Of a stretch of DNA of 32,267 nt, positions 15,736 to 23,492 are shown piece by piece. Position 1 is the first letter of the stretch. Every line of letters starts with the position of its first letter. The DNA comes from a virus. The stretch lies in the IMG/VR virus record IMGVR_UViG_3300045988_064271; one strand, written 5' to 3'. The position numbers were made by a program, and so were the translations under genes. The notes beneath the pieces were generated by a model. That model did no database searches and was not told the origin of the DNA. It worked only from the letters and a program-made list of their open reading frames with translations.

Positions 15736-17397
15736 CTAAATCAGCGTTAAGTATTCCTCCATGTTGTTTTCCAAAACGGTGTACCCGTTTATCAGCGTCA
15801 CGGCTCCGTCAATCCTCTGGCGGCGGTCGGTCGATTTCACCGGCTGCACGTTTCCGTTTATGTCTTCCTTCGCGTGCAGGTTTATCAGATTCCACACGTC
15901 TACCGGGTTGTTTTCGTGAACGATTTTCCCGGCTTCCAGATCCGCTTTGAAATTCTTCATTGGCTGGGACAATGTGTACGGTCCCTGTCTGACCGGCACC
16001 ATCGCATCTCGCCCGAAAGCCTGTTCAAATAGCAGCAGTAGCGAGTCGTCCATGTGCCATGGGTCATATGCCACCTTGTAGATGTATATGTCCTCTTTTT
16101 CCTGGAATTCTAAAAGCCAGTCCAGCATCACCCGTTTGTTCACTCGGTTTCCTTCGTAGGTTCTCATGTAGTCCTGCTGGATCCACAGCCGGTATGGCGC
16201 ATCGTCTCGTTCTTTTTCGTTGCCGTTTTTATAAACCGCTTCGATGACCGACTCCGGTATCCAGTACATGGACTTGGTGTATATGTTTTCATCGTCCCGC
16301 CGCATGAACATCACGCGGGCAGAATTCAGGTCTACGGAATCGGCTGCGTCCAGGCTGGCGATCCCGTATCGGAAATTTGCATCCGGTATCTTTTTGTCGT
16401 TTATGATGCTCTCGTATTTTAGGAACGCAGATGCTGCGTTTTGTCTGACGTTGAAATCCTTGGTGAGTACTGTCGGCAGGAACGACGGATCGTCTTTCGC
16501 TTTGTCCACGATGTCCTGCAGGTAGCTTTCACTTTTGATCGTTCCCAGTCCGGGGTTTGCCAGGATCCAATATTTCGGATCTTTCCATTGCGACATCTCA
16601 TCCAGTTCGTAAATAAACGGGAGAAATCGCTTGTTCAGCGTGGTCAGTTTTCCATGGAGCAGTTTGTCTGCGTATTCATACTGGCTGTCGAAAATTCCGT
16701 TTCTGACGAACCCCATGGTTGTGATAGCGATCAGCAGCGGCTGACTGCGTGCTCCCATCGACTGCTTCATGTCGTCGTAGATCTTCCGCTTCACCATGGC
16801 GCCCAGTTCATCGACTACGGCCGCATGCGCGTCCAGGGAATCCAGATCTTTGACGTTTGACGCCATCGCTTTGATGGTGCCCATGTTGTAATCACAGTAC
16901 AGATCTGACGCCCGCTTGTGCAGGTGCGCGGCGATCGCTGAACTCTGGCGGCGCATATTGTTTACAGCCGTCCAGCCTTTCATCGCCTGCTCGTACTTTG
17001 TGGCCAGATTATAGATTTCCGGTGCGCCTTCGCCGTCGTTCATGCACAGATCTAATTCGATCGCTGCGGCTTCGGTGGTCTTTCCGTTTTTTCTGCCCTC
17101 TACGATGAAAACTTCCTGGTACTGTCTTAGGTCGTCATCGTCTACGAATCCGAACACTGCCTGCCAACGCGCTTTCTGGAACGGTTCCAGCTTTAACGGC
17201 TGTCCGACTTTTCCAGCCGGAACCTTGCAAAACTTCTCAATAAATTCGATGTGTCTGTTCGCCAGTTCCAGGTCAAAATGAAACTCGTCCGGATTTGCTG
17301 CATTTTCCAACAGCATTTCCGAAATCCGCTTCATTTTTTCGCATGCCAGGATCTTCCCGTCATATATCCCGGTGAAATATTCCGCAAACTCGCTCAT
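15736..17397 (-). CDS. terL: Terminase large subunit
   Basis: 553 aa with Walker A EGRKNGKT and a Terminase_1-like layout. Confidence 0.93.
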   Translation of the reverse strand: MSEFAEYFTGIYDGKILACEKMKRISEMLLENAANPDEFHFDLELANRHIEFIEKFCKVPAGKVGQPLKLEPFQKARWQAVFGFVDDDDLRQYQEVFIVEGRKNGKTTEAAAIELDLCMNDGEGAPEIYNLATKYEQAMKGWTAVNNMRRQSSAIAAHLHKRASDLYCDYNMGTIKAMASNVKDLDSLDAHAAVVDELGAMVKRKIYDDMKQSMGARSQPLLIAITTMGFVRNGIFDSQYEYADKLLHGKLTTLNKRFLPFIYELDEMSQWKDPKYWILANPGLGTIKSESYLQDIVDKAKDDPSFLPTVLTKDFNVRQNAASAFLKYESIINDKKIPDANFRYGIASLDAADSVDLNSARVMFMRRDDENIYTKSMYWIPESVIEAVYKNGNEKERDDAPYRLWIQQDYMRTYEGNRVNKRVMLDWLLEFQEKEDIYIYKVAYDPWHMDDSLLLLFEQAFGRDAMVPVRQGPYTLSQPMKNFKADLEAGKIVHENNPVDVWNLINLHAKEDINGNVQPVKSTDRRQRIDGAVTLINGYTVLENNMEEYLTLI

Positions 17398-17753
17398 CGT
17401 TTCTTTTTGACGAATCCGATCAGTTCATCGTTCGCCGATGCTCCCTCCGGCATCAAATCCACTAGCACTTTGATGGTCGCATTGTAATTTTTGATCATTG
17501 TGTTGTACGTCTTCTGCGCAGGGTTTTCGGATCTCACTTCAAATCCGTTTCCATTTACCGCTTCAACGATCGTTCCCTCTTTGTTGATCTGATCCTGCAG
17601 GTCTTCCAGCGTCACCTCCATGAACGCGGCTTTTTGGCATAGTTTTACTGCAATATTTTTGCGATCTCTGCTTAGATTTCTGCAAAAACCTTTGAATTTG
17701 CGCAACTCCGTGGCGATCCTCTCTTCTTTTGTTTTATTTATTTTATTTTCCAC
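17394..17753 (-). CDS. terS: Terminase small subunit, P27 family
   Basis: 119 aa with a GTG start behind AAAGGGGG. 4-nt overlap with terL. Pattern NGNGFEVRSENPAQKTYNTMIKNY. Confidence 0.8.
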   Translation of the reverse strand: MENKINKTKEERIATELRKFKGFCRNLSRDRKNIAVKLCQKAAFMEVTLEDLQDQINKEGTIVEAVNGNGFEVRSENPAQKTYNTMIKNYNATIKVLVDLMPEGASANDELIGFVKKKR

Positions 17754-17800
17754 AAAGGCCCCCTTTCATATGCGCGTCACGCGTGAAAATTGTGGTGCAC

Positions 17801-18166
17801 TCATCGGTCTCTTTTTGGATGGGCGCCCTTTTCCGGAAGGGGGGAGTCTGGTTTAGGGACTGGCATCCCGTTCCGGTCAAAAAAAACAAAAAGCTTTCGT
17901 TCTCCCCTTGCCTCGTCGAAGTGATCTTCTTCCGCGTCGTGGCACGGCTTGCATTCCAGCTTTAAGTTCTCTTGATTCAAACTAATGTTCGCGTCCGATA
18001 TGTTCGCAGGTGTCAGCGGCTTGATGTGATGCACGATCACGCCCAGGTTTCTGCGGCATGTCTCGCACAGTCCGCCGTCTGTCGCTGTGCGCTCTGCGAT
18101 GTATGCAGCTCTGGTCTTCTTCCAGGCTGTTGAGTTGTAAAATTGTTTCGCGAATTCTTTTGCCAT
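17801..18166 (-). CDS. HNH endonuclease associated with the packaging module
   Basis: GVIVHHIKPL...N...LECKPCHD is the HNH motif. Start set at the ATG at 18166, because the longer ORF would read through the terminator hairpin. Confidence 0.85.
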   Translation of the reverse strand: MAKEFAKQFYNSTAWKKTRAAYIAERTATDGGLCETCRRNLGVIVHHIKPLTPANISDANISLNQENLKLECKPCHDAEEDHFDEARGERKLFVFFDRNGMPVPKPDSPLPEKGAHPKRDR

Positions 18167-18170
18167 TTTC

Positions 18171-18220
18171 AAAAAATAAAAGACAAGGATCACGCCTACC
18201 CTGTAGAGGTGTGATCCTTG
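18171..18220 (-). terminator. Strong rho-independent terminator directly upstream of the HNH/terminase late operon
   Basis: On the minus strand: CAAGGATCAC - 17-nt loop - GTGATCCTTG followed by TCTTTTATTTTTT. The hairpin ends about 5 nt before the HNH ATG. Confidence 0.8.
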
Positions 18221-18260
18221 CTCGTGTATGATCTTGCGCAATCCTTATTTGCTCAATACC

Positions 18261-18269
18261 ATTTTAACA
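18261..18269 (-). promoter_or_regulatory. Candidate extended -10 promoter element (TGTTAAAAT) between the late regulator gene and the terminator
   Basis: Minus strand reads TGTTAAAAT. No good -35. Flanked by two copies of TGCGCAAGAT (18231..18240 and 18269..18278). Confidence 0.35.
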
Positions 18270-18289
18270 TCTTGCGCATGCCAATTGTG

Positions 18290-18706
18290 CTAATCTTCTC
18301 GGAGGTATCCGTTGATCAGCTGATCGATGCGCTGGCGTGAATAGTTCAGTTCTTCTCCGATCTCTGCGTTGGTCTTGCCGTGGCGGAGTTTCTGCCGAAA
18401 GATATGATAAAGCAGTGGGTCATCGATGTGATCCGCCCACTCTTCTACTTCCTCGATCGCCTTCTCGTATTCCGCTTCACGCTCCCGCAGCAGTCTCGCC
18501 CATTTGTCTCCCACCGTGTTGTCGATGCTCTCGATCTTCATTCTCGATGGCAGGTACGGGAACTCTGGCGAGGATCCTTTGGCCACGTCGGTCATCACGT
18601 GTCCTTCCGATCGCTCGACTCTGCTTGCGTATTTCTTCAGGTCTTTGCGGATACTTTCCAGCGCCACAGTCATGCTGCGGTACTCTTCCAGTCGTTTCTT
18701 ATTCAC
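18290..18706 (-). CDS. Late-gene regulator, sigma-70 region-4-like HTH (DUF1492/ArpU-RinA-like class)
   Basis: 138 aa with C-terminal HTH GKTNAEIGEELNYSRQRIDQLINGYL. It is the last gene before the packaging operon. Confidence 0.65.
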   Translation of the reverse strand: MNKKRLEEYRSMTVALESIRKDLKKYASRVERSEGHVMTDVAKGSSPEFPYLPSRMKIESIDNTVGDKWARLLREREAEYEKAIEEVEEWADHIDDPLLYHIFRQKLRHGKTNAEIGEELNYSRQRIDQLINGYLRED

Positions 18707-19511
18707 TCCATTCCCCCCAGTTTTCCATATCCATTTCCAGCTGCTGATCGGTACGGTAGATCTTCTCAGGTCTGACTCGTTTCCCTCGCCGTCCCTTCGC
18801 CGGTCCGTCCAGGCTGACCAGTATGTACTCCTTGCACTCCACGTCCAGGATGGCGTGATCGTATACCCGAACAGTATCCTCGTCCAGGTAGTAGCCTCTT
18901 GGCACCTGGATCTCGTCAGTTACTTTCCGGCTGCTGATCTTTTCCCGGCGCGTCTCTGGCGTGACGATGCTGCGGCTGCAGTTGTATCTTCGTTTGCTTG
19001 GGCTTCCGGCTTCCCGGAATGTCTTCTCGGTTTCTTTCAGCAGGTACTCTGCCAGTTTGTAGTAGTTGCCGGTATCATCCAGCGGTTTCACGTCCACATA
19101 TCCATACTTCCATTTTTCGGCGATCAGTTCCACGTCCAGTCTACTCATGACTACGTGGTGATGGATCCGGTGATGCTTGTACTCAGTAACGGCGATCCAT
19201 TTGAATTTGATCTCTCTTTTCTTGCAATGAATGTGCAGATTGCGCAGGAATCTTTCCAGATCCTTTCTGGCTTCGGTTTCAGTCGGAGCATCCCGGTAAG
19301 TCAGAGTCAGCAGATAATCGCCTGGCTGAAAGTTATGATTCAGCTTCGCTGTCAGAGCCTTGACGGAATTTCTAAAATTCAGTTTAGCCACAGCTTCCGG
19401 GGTCGGGTTCGACTTCGGCTTTCTCTTCTGTCCCTTTTCGTATGTTCTGGTGACGGCGCGAAGGCTTACCAGTTTTGTTCTTCCTGCTATGATCGTGTCG
19501 CGGTAAAACAT
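18699..19511 (-). CDS. HUH-superfamily rolling-circle replication initiator-like protein
   Basis: Three ordered motifs: YLLTLTY (motif 1), HRIHHHVVM (the HUH motif) and YYKLAEYLLKE (Y..K motif 3). Confidence 0.65.
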   Translation of the reverse strand: MFYRDTIIAGRTKLVSLRAVTRTYEKGQKRKPKSNPTPEAVAKLNFRNSVKALTAKLNHNFQPGDYLLTLTYRDAPTETEARKDLERFLRNLHIHCKKREIKFKWIAVTEYKHHRIHHHVVMSRLDVELIAEKWKYGYVDVKPLDDTGNYYKLAEYLLKETEKTFREAGSPSKRRYNCSRSIVTPETRREKISSRKVTDEIQVPRGYYLDEDTVRVYDHAILDVECKEYILVSLDGPAKGRRGKRVRPEKIYRTDQQLEMDMENWGEWSE

Positions 19512-19537
19512 GTCGATGCTCCATTGTTAATACTCTA

Positions 19538-19567
19538 ATCAAGTTCTAAGGCGGCCACCCGGCCGCC
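19538..19567 (-). other. Candidate Rep nick site / origin element: GC hairpin plus an AACTTGAT motif upstream of the Rep gene
   Basis: Minus strand reads GGCGGCC-GGGT-GGCCGCC, then TTAG, then AACTTGATTAGAGTATTAACA. The phiX174/pC194-type nick motif is CTTGATA. Confidence 0.3.
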
Positions 19568-19596
19568 GGTGTTTCCTTTATATATAATGTAGGATT

Positions 19597-19860
19597 TTAT
19601 TTGTCGATTTCGTTTTCTATGTGTTCCTTTACCCATTTCTTGAACTCTTGCACTTGTTCGTCTTCTTGTGCGCGTTGCATTCCTTCATGAAATCCTTTCA
19701 CTATTATGTCCTTAGTTTCATATTGCAACGCCCGGACCGGTGAATATAACGGCCACGCGATCAGATTCACCACCGCCGCTATGACTGGGTGCTTCTTTCG
19801 CGTTTTCCAAATCCAGTATGTATACTGGCCTTTGGCTTTATTCCATCGTTTTCCTTTCAT
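19597..19860 (-). CDS. Hypothetical protein with one hydrophobic segment
   Basis: 87-aa ORF with 4-nt overlap to the upstream gene. Basic N-terminus, then VIAAVVNLIAWPL. Confidence 0.55.
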   Translation of the reverse strand: MKGKRWNKAKGQYTYWIWKTRKKHPVIAAVVNLIAWPLYSPVRALQYETKDIIVKGFHEGMQRAQEDEQVQEFKKWVKEHIENEIDK

Positions 19861-20018
19861 ATTCTCCTCCGTTTCGCATGAGGCTTGTTCTTGTTCCCCA
19901 GTAATTCAACCAGAACTCTAGCCGCTGCTTTAGCCCCTTCTTCTAGTCCCTGCATATATACGCCCAGCTCTTCTATAGACTCAGGACGTCTTTTTTCAAT
20001 CTCCAGTTTCAACTTCAT
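19857..20018 (-). CDS. Hypothetical small protein
   Basis: Start moved to the ATG at 20018, behind AAGGAG (CACAAAGGAGAAACAAATG). 53 aa. Confidence 0.5.
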   Translation of the reverse strand: MKLKLEIEKRRPESIEELGVYMQGLEEGAKAAARVLVELLGNKNKPHAKRRRI

Positions 20019-20193
20019 TTGTTTCTCCTTTGTGTGGTTTAAACTTCCCGACATTGTCTATGACTGCATAGTCCGATTTTTCCAGTTCCATTGCAGCTGT
20101 TGACACATTTGCCCCGTGTCGGCTCCACCCGACTGCCGTCACAGTTAAAACTGTTGCATATGCATCATCTATATCTATCACGACTCTTTTCAT
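19996..20193 (-). CDS. Hypothetical small protein
   Basis: Start moved to the ATG at 20193, behind AGGAGG (GTAGGAGGTACAGAATG). 65 aa, beginning MKRVVIDIDDAYATV. Confidence 0.55.
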   Translation of the reverse strand: MKRVVIDIDDAYATVLTVTAVGWSRHGANVSTAAMELEKSDYAVIDNVGKFKPHKGETNEVETGD

Positions 20194-20203
20194 TCTGTAC
20201 CTC

Positions 20204-20425
20204 CTACAACATCGACAGGATCCGGCCCAACTCTTTGGCTGCATCTCTGTCCAGCGTTCCGATCTTGGCGGATCTGACATGATCAGGATCCCAGGTCCTG
20301 ATGTCTATCTTCGGGTCCTGGCCATTCCAGGACACCAGGTTGACCTCTTTCGTCCATCCGGATTCGGTCTGATCGAACACGCCATAGTGTTCGATGATGT
20401 TAAATGTAAATTCTTTATTTCTCAT
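20204..20425 (-). CDS. PC4/YdbC-like ssDNA-binding protein
   Basis: 73 aa. GWTKEVNLVSWNGQDPKIDIRTWDPDH...GTLDRDAAKELGRIL matches the YdbC/PC4-like pattern as I recall it. Confidence 0.65.
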   Translation of the reverse strand: MRNKEFTFNIIEHYGVFDQTESGWTKEVNLVSWNGQDPKIDIRTWDPDHVRSAKIGTLDRDAAKELGRILSML

Positions 20426-20714
20426 ATTTCCACTCCTTGAATCCCGCAGAGAGTTTTCTGTGTTCCAATCCCTGCCGATCTATTTCTGCTTCGCGCCCTC
20501 GATATCGCAGCTCTTCGATGTGCGCTCCACAATTCGGGCACGCTGCTGGTTCCCATCTAATCGGCGGGAATTTGTGCAGTATCGTTTCGTTGTCAACAAT
20601 TTTCGTTTCCTCTGGTCTGCGTATCATTGTCAGTGATTCAAACACATAGCCACATCTTACGCATACCGGGCACATGTTTGCGATCGTGGTCTTGGCTTCT
20701 TTGTATTCACCCAT
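20415..20714 (-). CDS. Zinc-ribbon protein, unknown function
   Basis: 99 aa with CPVCVRC ... CPNC. Ribosome-binding site is the G-rich run GGGGGGGAG. Confidence 0.6.
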   Translation of the reverse strand: MGEYKEAKTTIANMCPVCVRCGYVFESLTMIRRPEETKIVDNETILHKFPPIRWEPAACPNCGAHIEELRYRGREAEIDRQGLEHRKLSAGFKEWKYEK

Positions 20715-20971
20715 GCTTTTGCTCCCCCCCCTATTTTATTTTTTCCGAGTAATGGTATGCAGAGTTCTTCGGCCTGCTGCGGCCCATTCCGATAGGCCGC
20801 ACGCCCTATGTTTACGATGACTTCATTCACTGCAGTTTCATCGTAGTATTTTTCCAGTCCTTTCCGAACAGCCTTGATCATCGCTGCTAGTTCTCCGACT
20901 ATTTCCACTGTGTTCCCTTCTATCTGGCACTCCACACCTATCCCTATGCGGTTTCTTCTTGCTTGTATCAT
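20657..20971 (-). CDS. Hypothetical protein. The 3' end is uncertain because of a G8 tract.
   Basis: 104-aa ORF that overlaps the next gene by 58 nt. With G7 at 20724..20731 it would instead stop at TGA 20709..20707, an 8-nt overlap. Confidence 0.5.
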   Translation of the reverse strand: MIQARRNRIGIGVECQIEGNTVEIVGELAAMIKAVRKGLEKYYDETAVNEVIVNIGRAAYRNGPQQAEELCIPLLGKNKIGGGAKAWVNTKKPRPRSQTCARYA

Positions 20972-21198
20972 TTTTCCTCTCCTCTCTTATATGGTTCTGG
21001 CAGCGGCGCCCAGGCGATGATGTTGTACAGCAGTTTCTCCCAGCCCTCGTCGTACACCGCCCAGTCTTTGAATATTGGATTCCACCAGCCCACCAGTACG
21101 AACAGATCATCTCCTTCGTCTGGTCTCTGCACTGTTACCAATACATCGTCACCTCCGGCCGGCAGTCCCTGCGTCACCGGCATCCAGTCTACTCTCAT
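20968..21198 (-). CDS. DUF551-like phage protein
   Basis: 76 aa. WMPVTQGLPAGGDDVLV...WAPLPEPY is the DUF551-type pattern. Confidence 0.6.
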   Translation of the reverse strand: MRVDWMPVTQGLPAGGDDVLVTVQRPDEGDDLFVLVGWWNPIFKDWAVYDEGWEKLLYNIIAWAPLPEPYKRGEEK

Positions 21199-21199
21199 C

Positions 21200-21412
21200 T
21201 TACTTCCTCCTTACTATGATATAGTCTCCCCAGTTGGTGATGTGTGCCTGGTCGGTGTAGATCACCACACCACCGCCTTCCCAGCACTCTACTCTTCCGG
21301 CTGCGCTACTACATTCTGCCGGGACTGCAGATGCAGCCCCGATCCCTATTCCGATCCACAGGATCGTCAATGCTGCCACTGCAGCTGCTATGATCAGGAT
21401 GGCGTGCCTCAT
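21200..21412 (-). CDS. Small protein with a signal/TM segment
   Basis: 70 aa, beginning MRHAILIIAAAVAALTILWIGIGIGAASA. Confidence 0.55.
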   Translation of the reverse strand: MRHAILIIAAAVAALTILWIGIGIGAASAVPAECSSAAGRVECWEGGGVVIYTDQAHITNWGDYIIVRRK

Positions 21413-21684
21413 TCCTCGTGCTCCTTATCTTTTTCCATTTCAAACATGTGCTCGTACGGTTCCATAATGACCAGCTCGGCATCGCAGATTTTCACGAATT
21501 CGTTTTTATCAAAATGTTTCAGCTCTCCCCGTTCCAAGTTAACTGCGTTTATAGTAAATCCGGTGTTAAGATCTATATGGTCATCCCGGTCAAGCCTCAT
21601 GTGCACTTCCCTGTCGTGTTTAAAAGTTTCCCCTTTTTCAATGACTGAGAATGGTCTTTCCCTGCTTATCTTTGTAATCTTCAT
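21409..21684 (-). CDS. Hypothetical protein
   Basis: 91-aa ORF with 4-nt overlap to the downstream gene. Confidence 0.55.
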   Translation of the reverse strand: MKITKISRERPFSVIEKGETFKHDREVHMRLDRDDHIDLNTGFTINAVNLERGELKHFDKNEFVKICDAELVIMEPYEHMFEMEKDKEHEE

Positions 21685-21690
21685 TCCTCA

Positions 21691-22840
21691 TCACTCCAAT
21701 CTCTTTGCAATTTCATAAATGACATTCACCGTCACGCTGTTCCCGGCCTGTTTATACAGTTGCGAATCACTGTTGACCGCAGCTGCACGGTCGAAATATT
21801 CATCCGGAAAACCTTGCAGACGGAAACATTCCCGCGGAGTCAGACGACGGATCCGAATTCCATCGGTTGCGAAATTGTTCTGCTGCCACGAGTTTCCCGT
21901 AAGCGTTGGCGCTTCATTATGCATGCCACCTTTGTTGTAGCCTCGCGGTCTCTGAATCACTGCATACAATCCGGTTTTGGCGCCTCTTCCACCACCCTGC
22001 GATGAAAGCGTTACGCTGATGCCGCTGGGATCATAAACTCTGTTCCCTTGTGATCTGCCTATCACCTGTTTGCAAGTCGCTTCTCTGACCATGACTCCCT
22101 GTCTGTCCTGTGCTGTCAGCGTGAACATTTCATCGCCATTTTCCTTAAACCGCCGGCCATTCTGCCGTTTATTCGGTCTGTCCGGAGTCATGACGGGGAT
22201 TGCTAATCCTCCCCGCCTCTTTGAGACTCCTTTGTGGCTTGTTGCTGTAAGTGCCGGAACTCCCGGCTCGGTTTCCAGTCGTTTCGAATCAGGTACTCCA
22301 TCGTCGCATCTGACAGGAAATACTTTTCGTCCACTTGCTTCTCTAAGATGTCCAACAATGAACACTCTTTCCCGATTCTGGGGAACCCCAAAATGCTTGC
22401 TGTTAAGCACCTGCCATTCGACATCGTACCCCAGCTCATCCATTGTGGATACGATGACTCCGAAGGTTTGCCCCCCCCTCATGATTGAGAAGGCCTCGGA
22501 CGTTTTCTGCGAAAAGTAAACGAGGCTTTCGCTCTCTAGCCAGCCGCATGACTTCAAAAAACAGAGTTCCTCTTGTATCTTCGAAGCCTCTTCGCTTTCC
22601 AGCAATGCTGAAAGCCTGGCATGGAAATCCGAAGCAGTAGCAGTCAGCTTCCGGAAGCTCTTCGGGCTCAACTCTTGTAATGTCATTTGCATACCATTCA
22701 CTCTCCTTCACATTGTGCATCGCTCGGTATGATCTGTCGGCAAACTTGTCTATTTCGCAGTGACCTACACAGGTATGTCCTGCCATTTCCATCCCGAGCC
22801 TAAAGCCACCGATTCCAGAGAAGAAATCAAGAAATCTCAT
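21691..22840 (-). pseudogene. dcm: DNA (cytosine-5)-methyltransferase, split by a +1 frameshift in a G8 tract (22471..22478)
   Basis: The upstream ORF carries FSGIGG, PCQAFS and ENV motifs. The downstream ORF carries QNRERVFIVGH, RRLTPRE and GNSVTV. Removing one G gives a continuous ...ENVRGLLNHEGGQTFGVIVSTMDELGYDVEW... Confidence 0.85.
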
Positions 22841-22940
22841 CTCCTCACACCTCCTTGATCTTGTAGCCTTCATTTGCCATCATCTACCCATTCGCCATGT
22901 TTTGCTTCTTTCATTCTGCGCGCTCCTCGTTTTTATTCAT

Positions 22941-23060
22941 CTACACTATGTAGATCTGTGTGGCGCACTGGATTATAGCTTCTTCGTGATTCCCGTATCC
23001 CCCGTGGAAGGTTCTAATGCACGTCCTTGTTACCATTTTTACTATTTCTTCAAAAGTCAT
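22941..23060 (-). CDS. Possible 39-aa ORF
   Basis: ATG lies 3 nt after the upstream stop, with GAGGAGAG upstream. Translation MTFEEIVKMVTRTCIRTFHGGYGNHEEAIIQCATQIYIV. Below the ORF-track size cutoff. Confidence 0.3.
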   Translation of the reverse strand: MTFEEIVKMVTRTCIRTFHGGYGNHEEAIIQCATQIYIV

Positions 23061-23063
23061 TTC

Positions 23064-23492
23064 TCATCTCTCTCCTCTCAACTCTTTCTCAGTCACTTCC
23101 AGCAGCTCGCACAGCTTCGCCATCCGTTTTTTCTTCGGAATCGCTTTTCCTCTGCAATAATAGTTAATGTTCGTCGAATCTATCCCTGCGGCCATGGCAA
23201 ACTGCCGCTGGCTTTTGTATTTTTTGGCTATCGCAGTTTTTAAGTTTTCCCCAAAGGTCACCCGCGCTTTTTCCTTTGCTTCTTCCGCAGCCTTCTTTTC
23301 TACTGGATCCAGTATCGGCTGGATGCCCGTGCCGGTTCGCTGCCGTTTTCCGGAACGGTACCGGGTGCATCCTACGATCGGACAGCCCCGGCGCTTTCGC
23401 GTGATCACCATATAGTCGCACGTGCCTTTGTCCGGCCCTTTATGCGGATGATAGACGCAGTCAGTTCGGGTGCAGCAGTACTTACTCGACAT
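23064..23492 (-). CDS. Cys-rich (zinc-binding?) N-domain + XRE-type HTH regulator
   Basis: 142 aa. N-terminal Cys/His cluster (CC..C..H.H....C...C....C). C-terminal HTH SQRQFAMAAGIDSTNINYYCRGKAIP. Confidence 0.65.
   Translation of the reverse strand: MSSKYCCTRTDCVYHPHKGPDKGTCDYMVITRKRRGCPIVGCTRYRSGKRQRTGTGIQPILDPVEKKAAEEAKEKARVTFGENLKTAIAKKYKSQRQFAMAAGIDSTNINYYCRGKAIPKKKRMAKLCELLEVTEKELRGER

Noticed and set aside
18167-18241. The 25-codon N-terminal extension of the HNH ORF
   Set aside because: It would be translated through the terminator hairpin and its T-tract. The HNH family N-terminus (MAKEFAKQFYNSTAWKK) starts at the internal ATG at 18166.
22436-22701. The N-terminal ~75 aa of the 336-aa ORF (start at 22701), considered as an independent gene start
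   Set aside because: This stretch is the out-of-frame reading of the methyltransferase N-terminal half. The real gene is one dcm ORF broken at the G8 tract.
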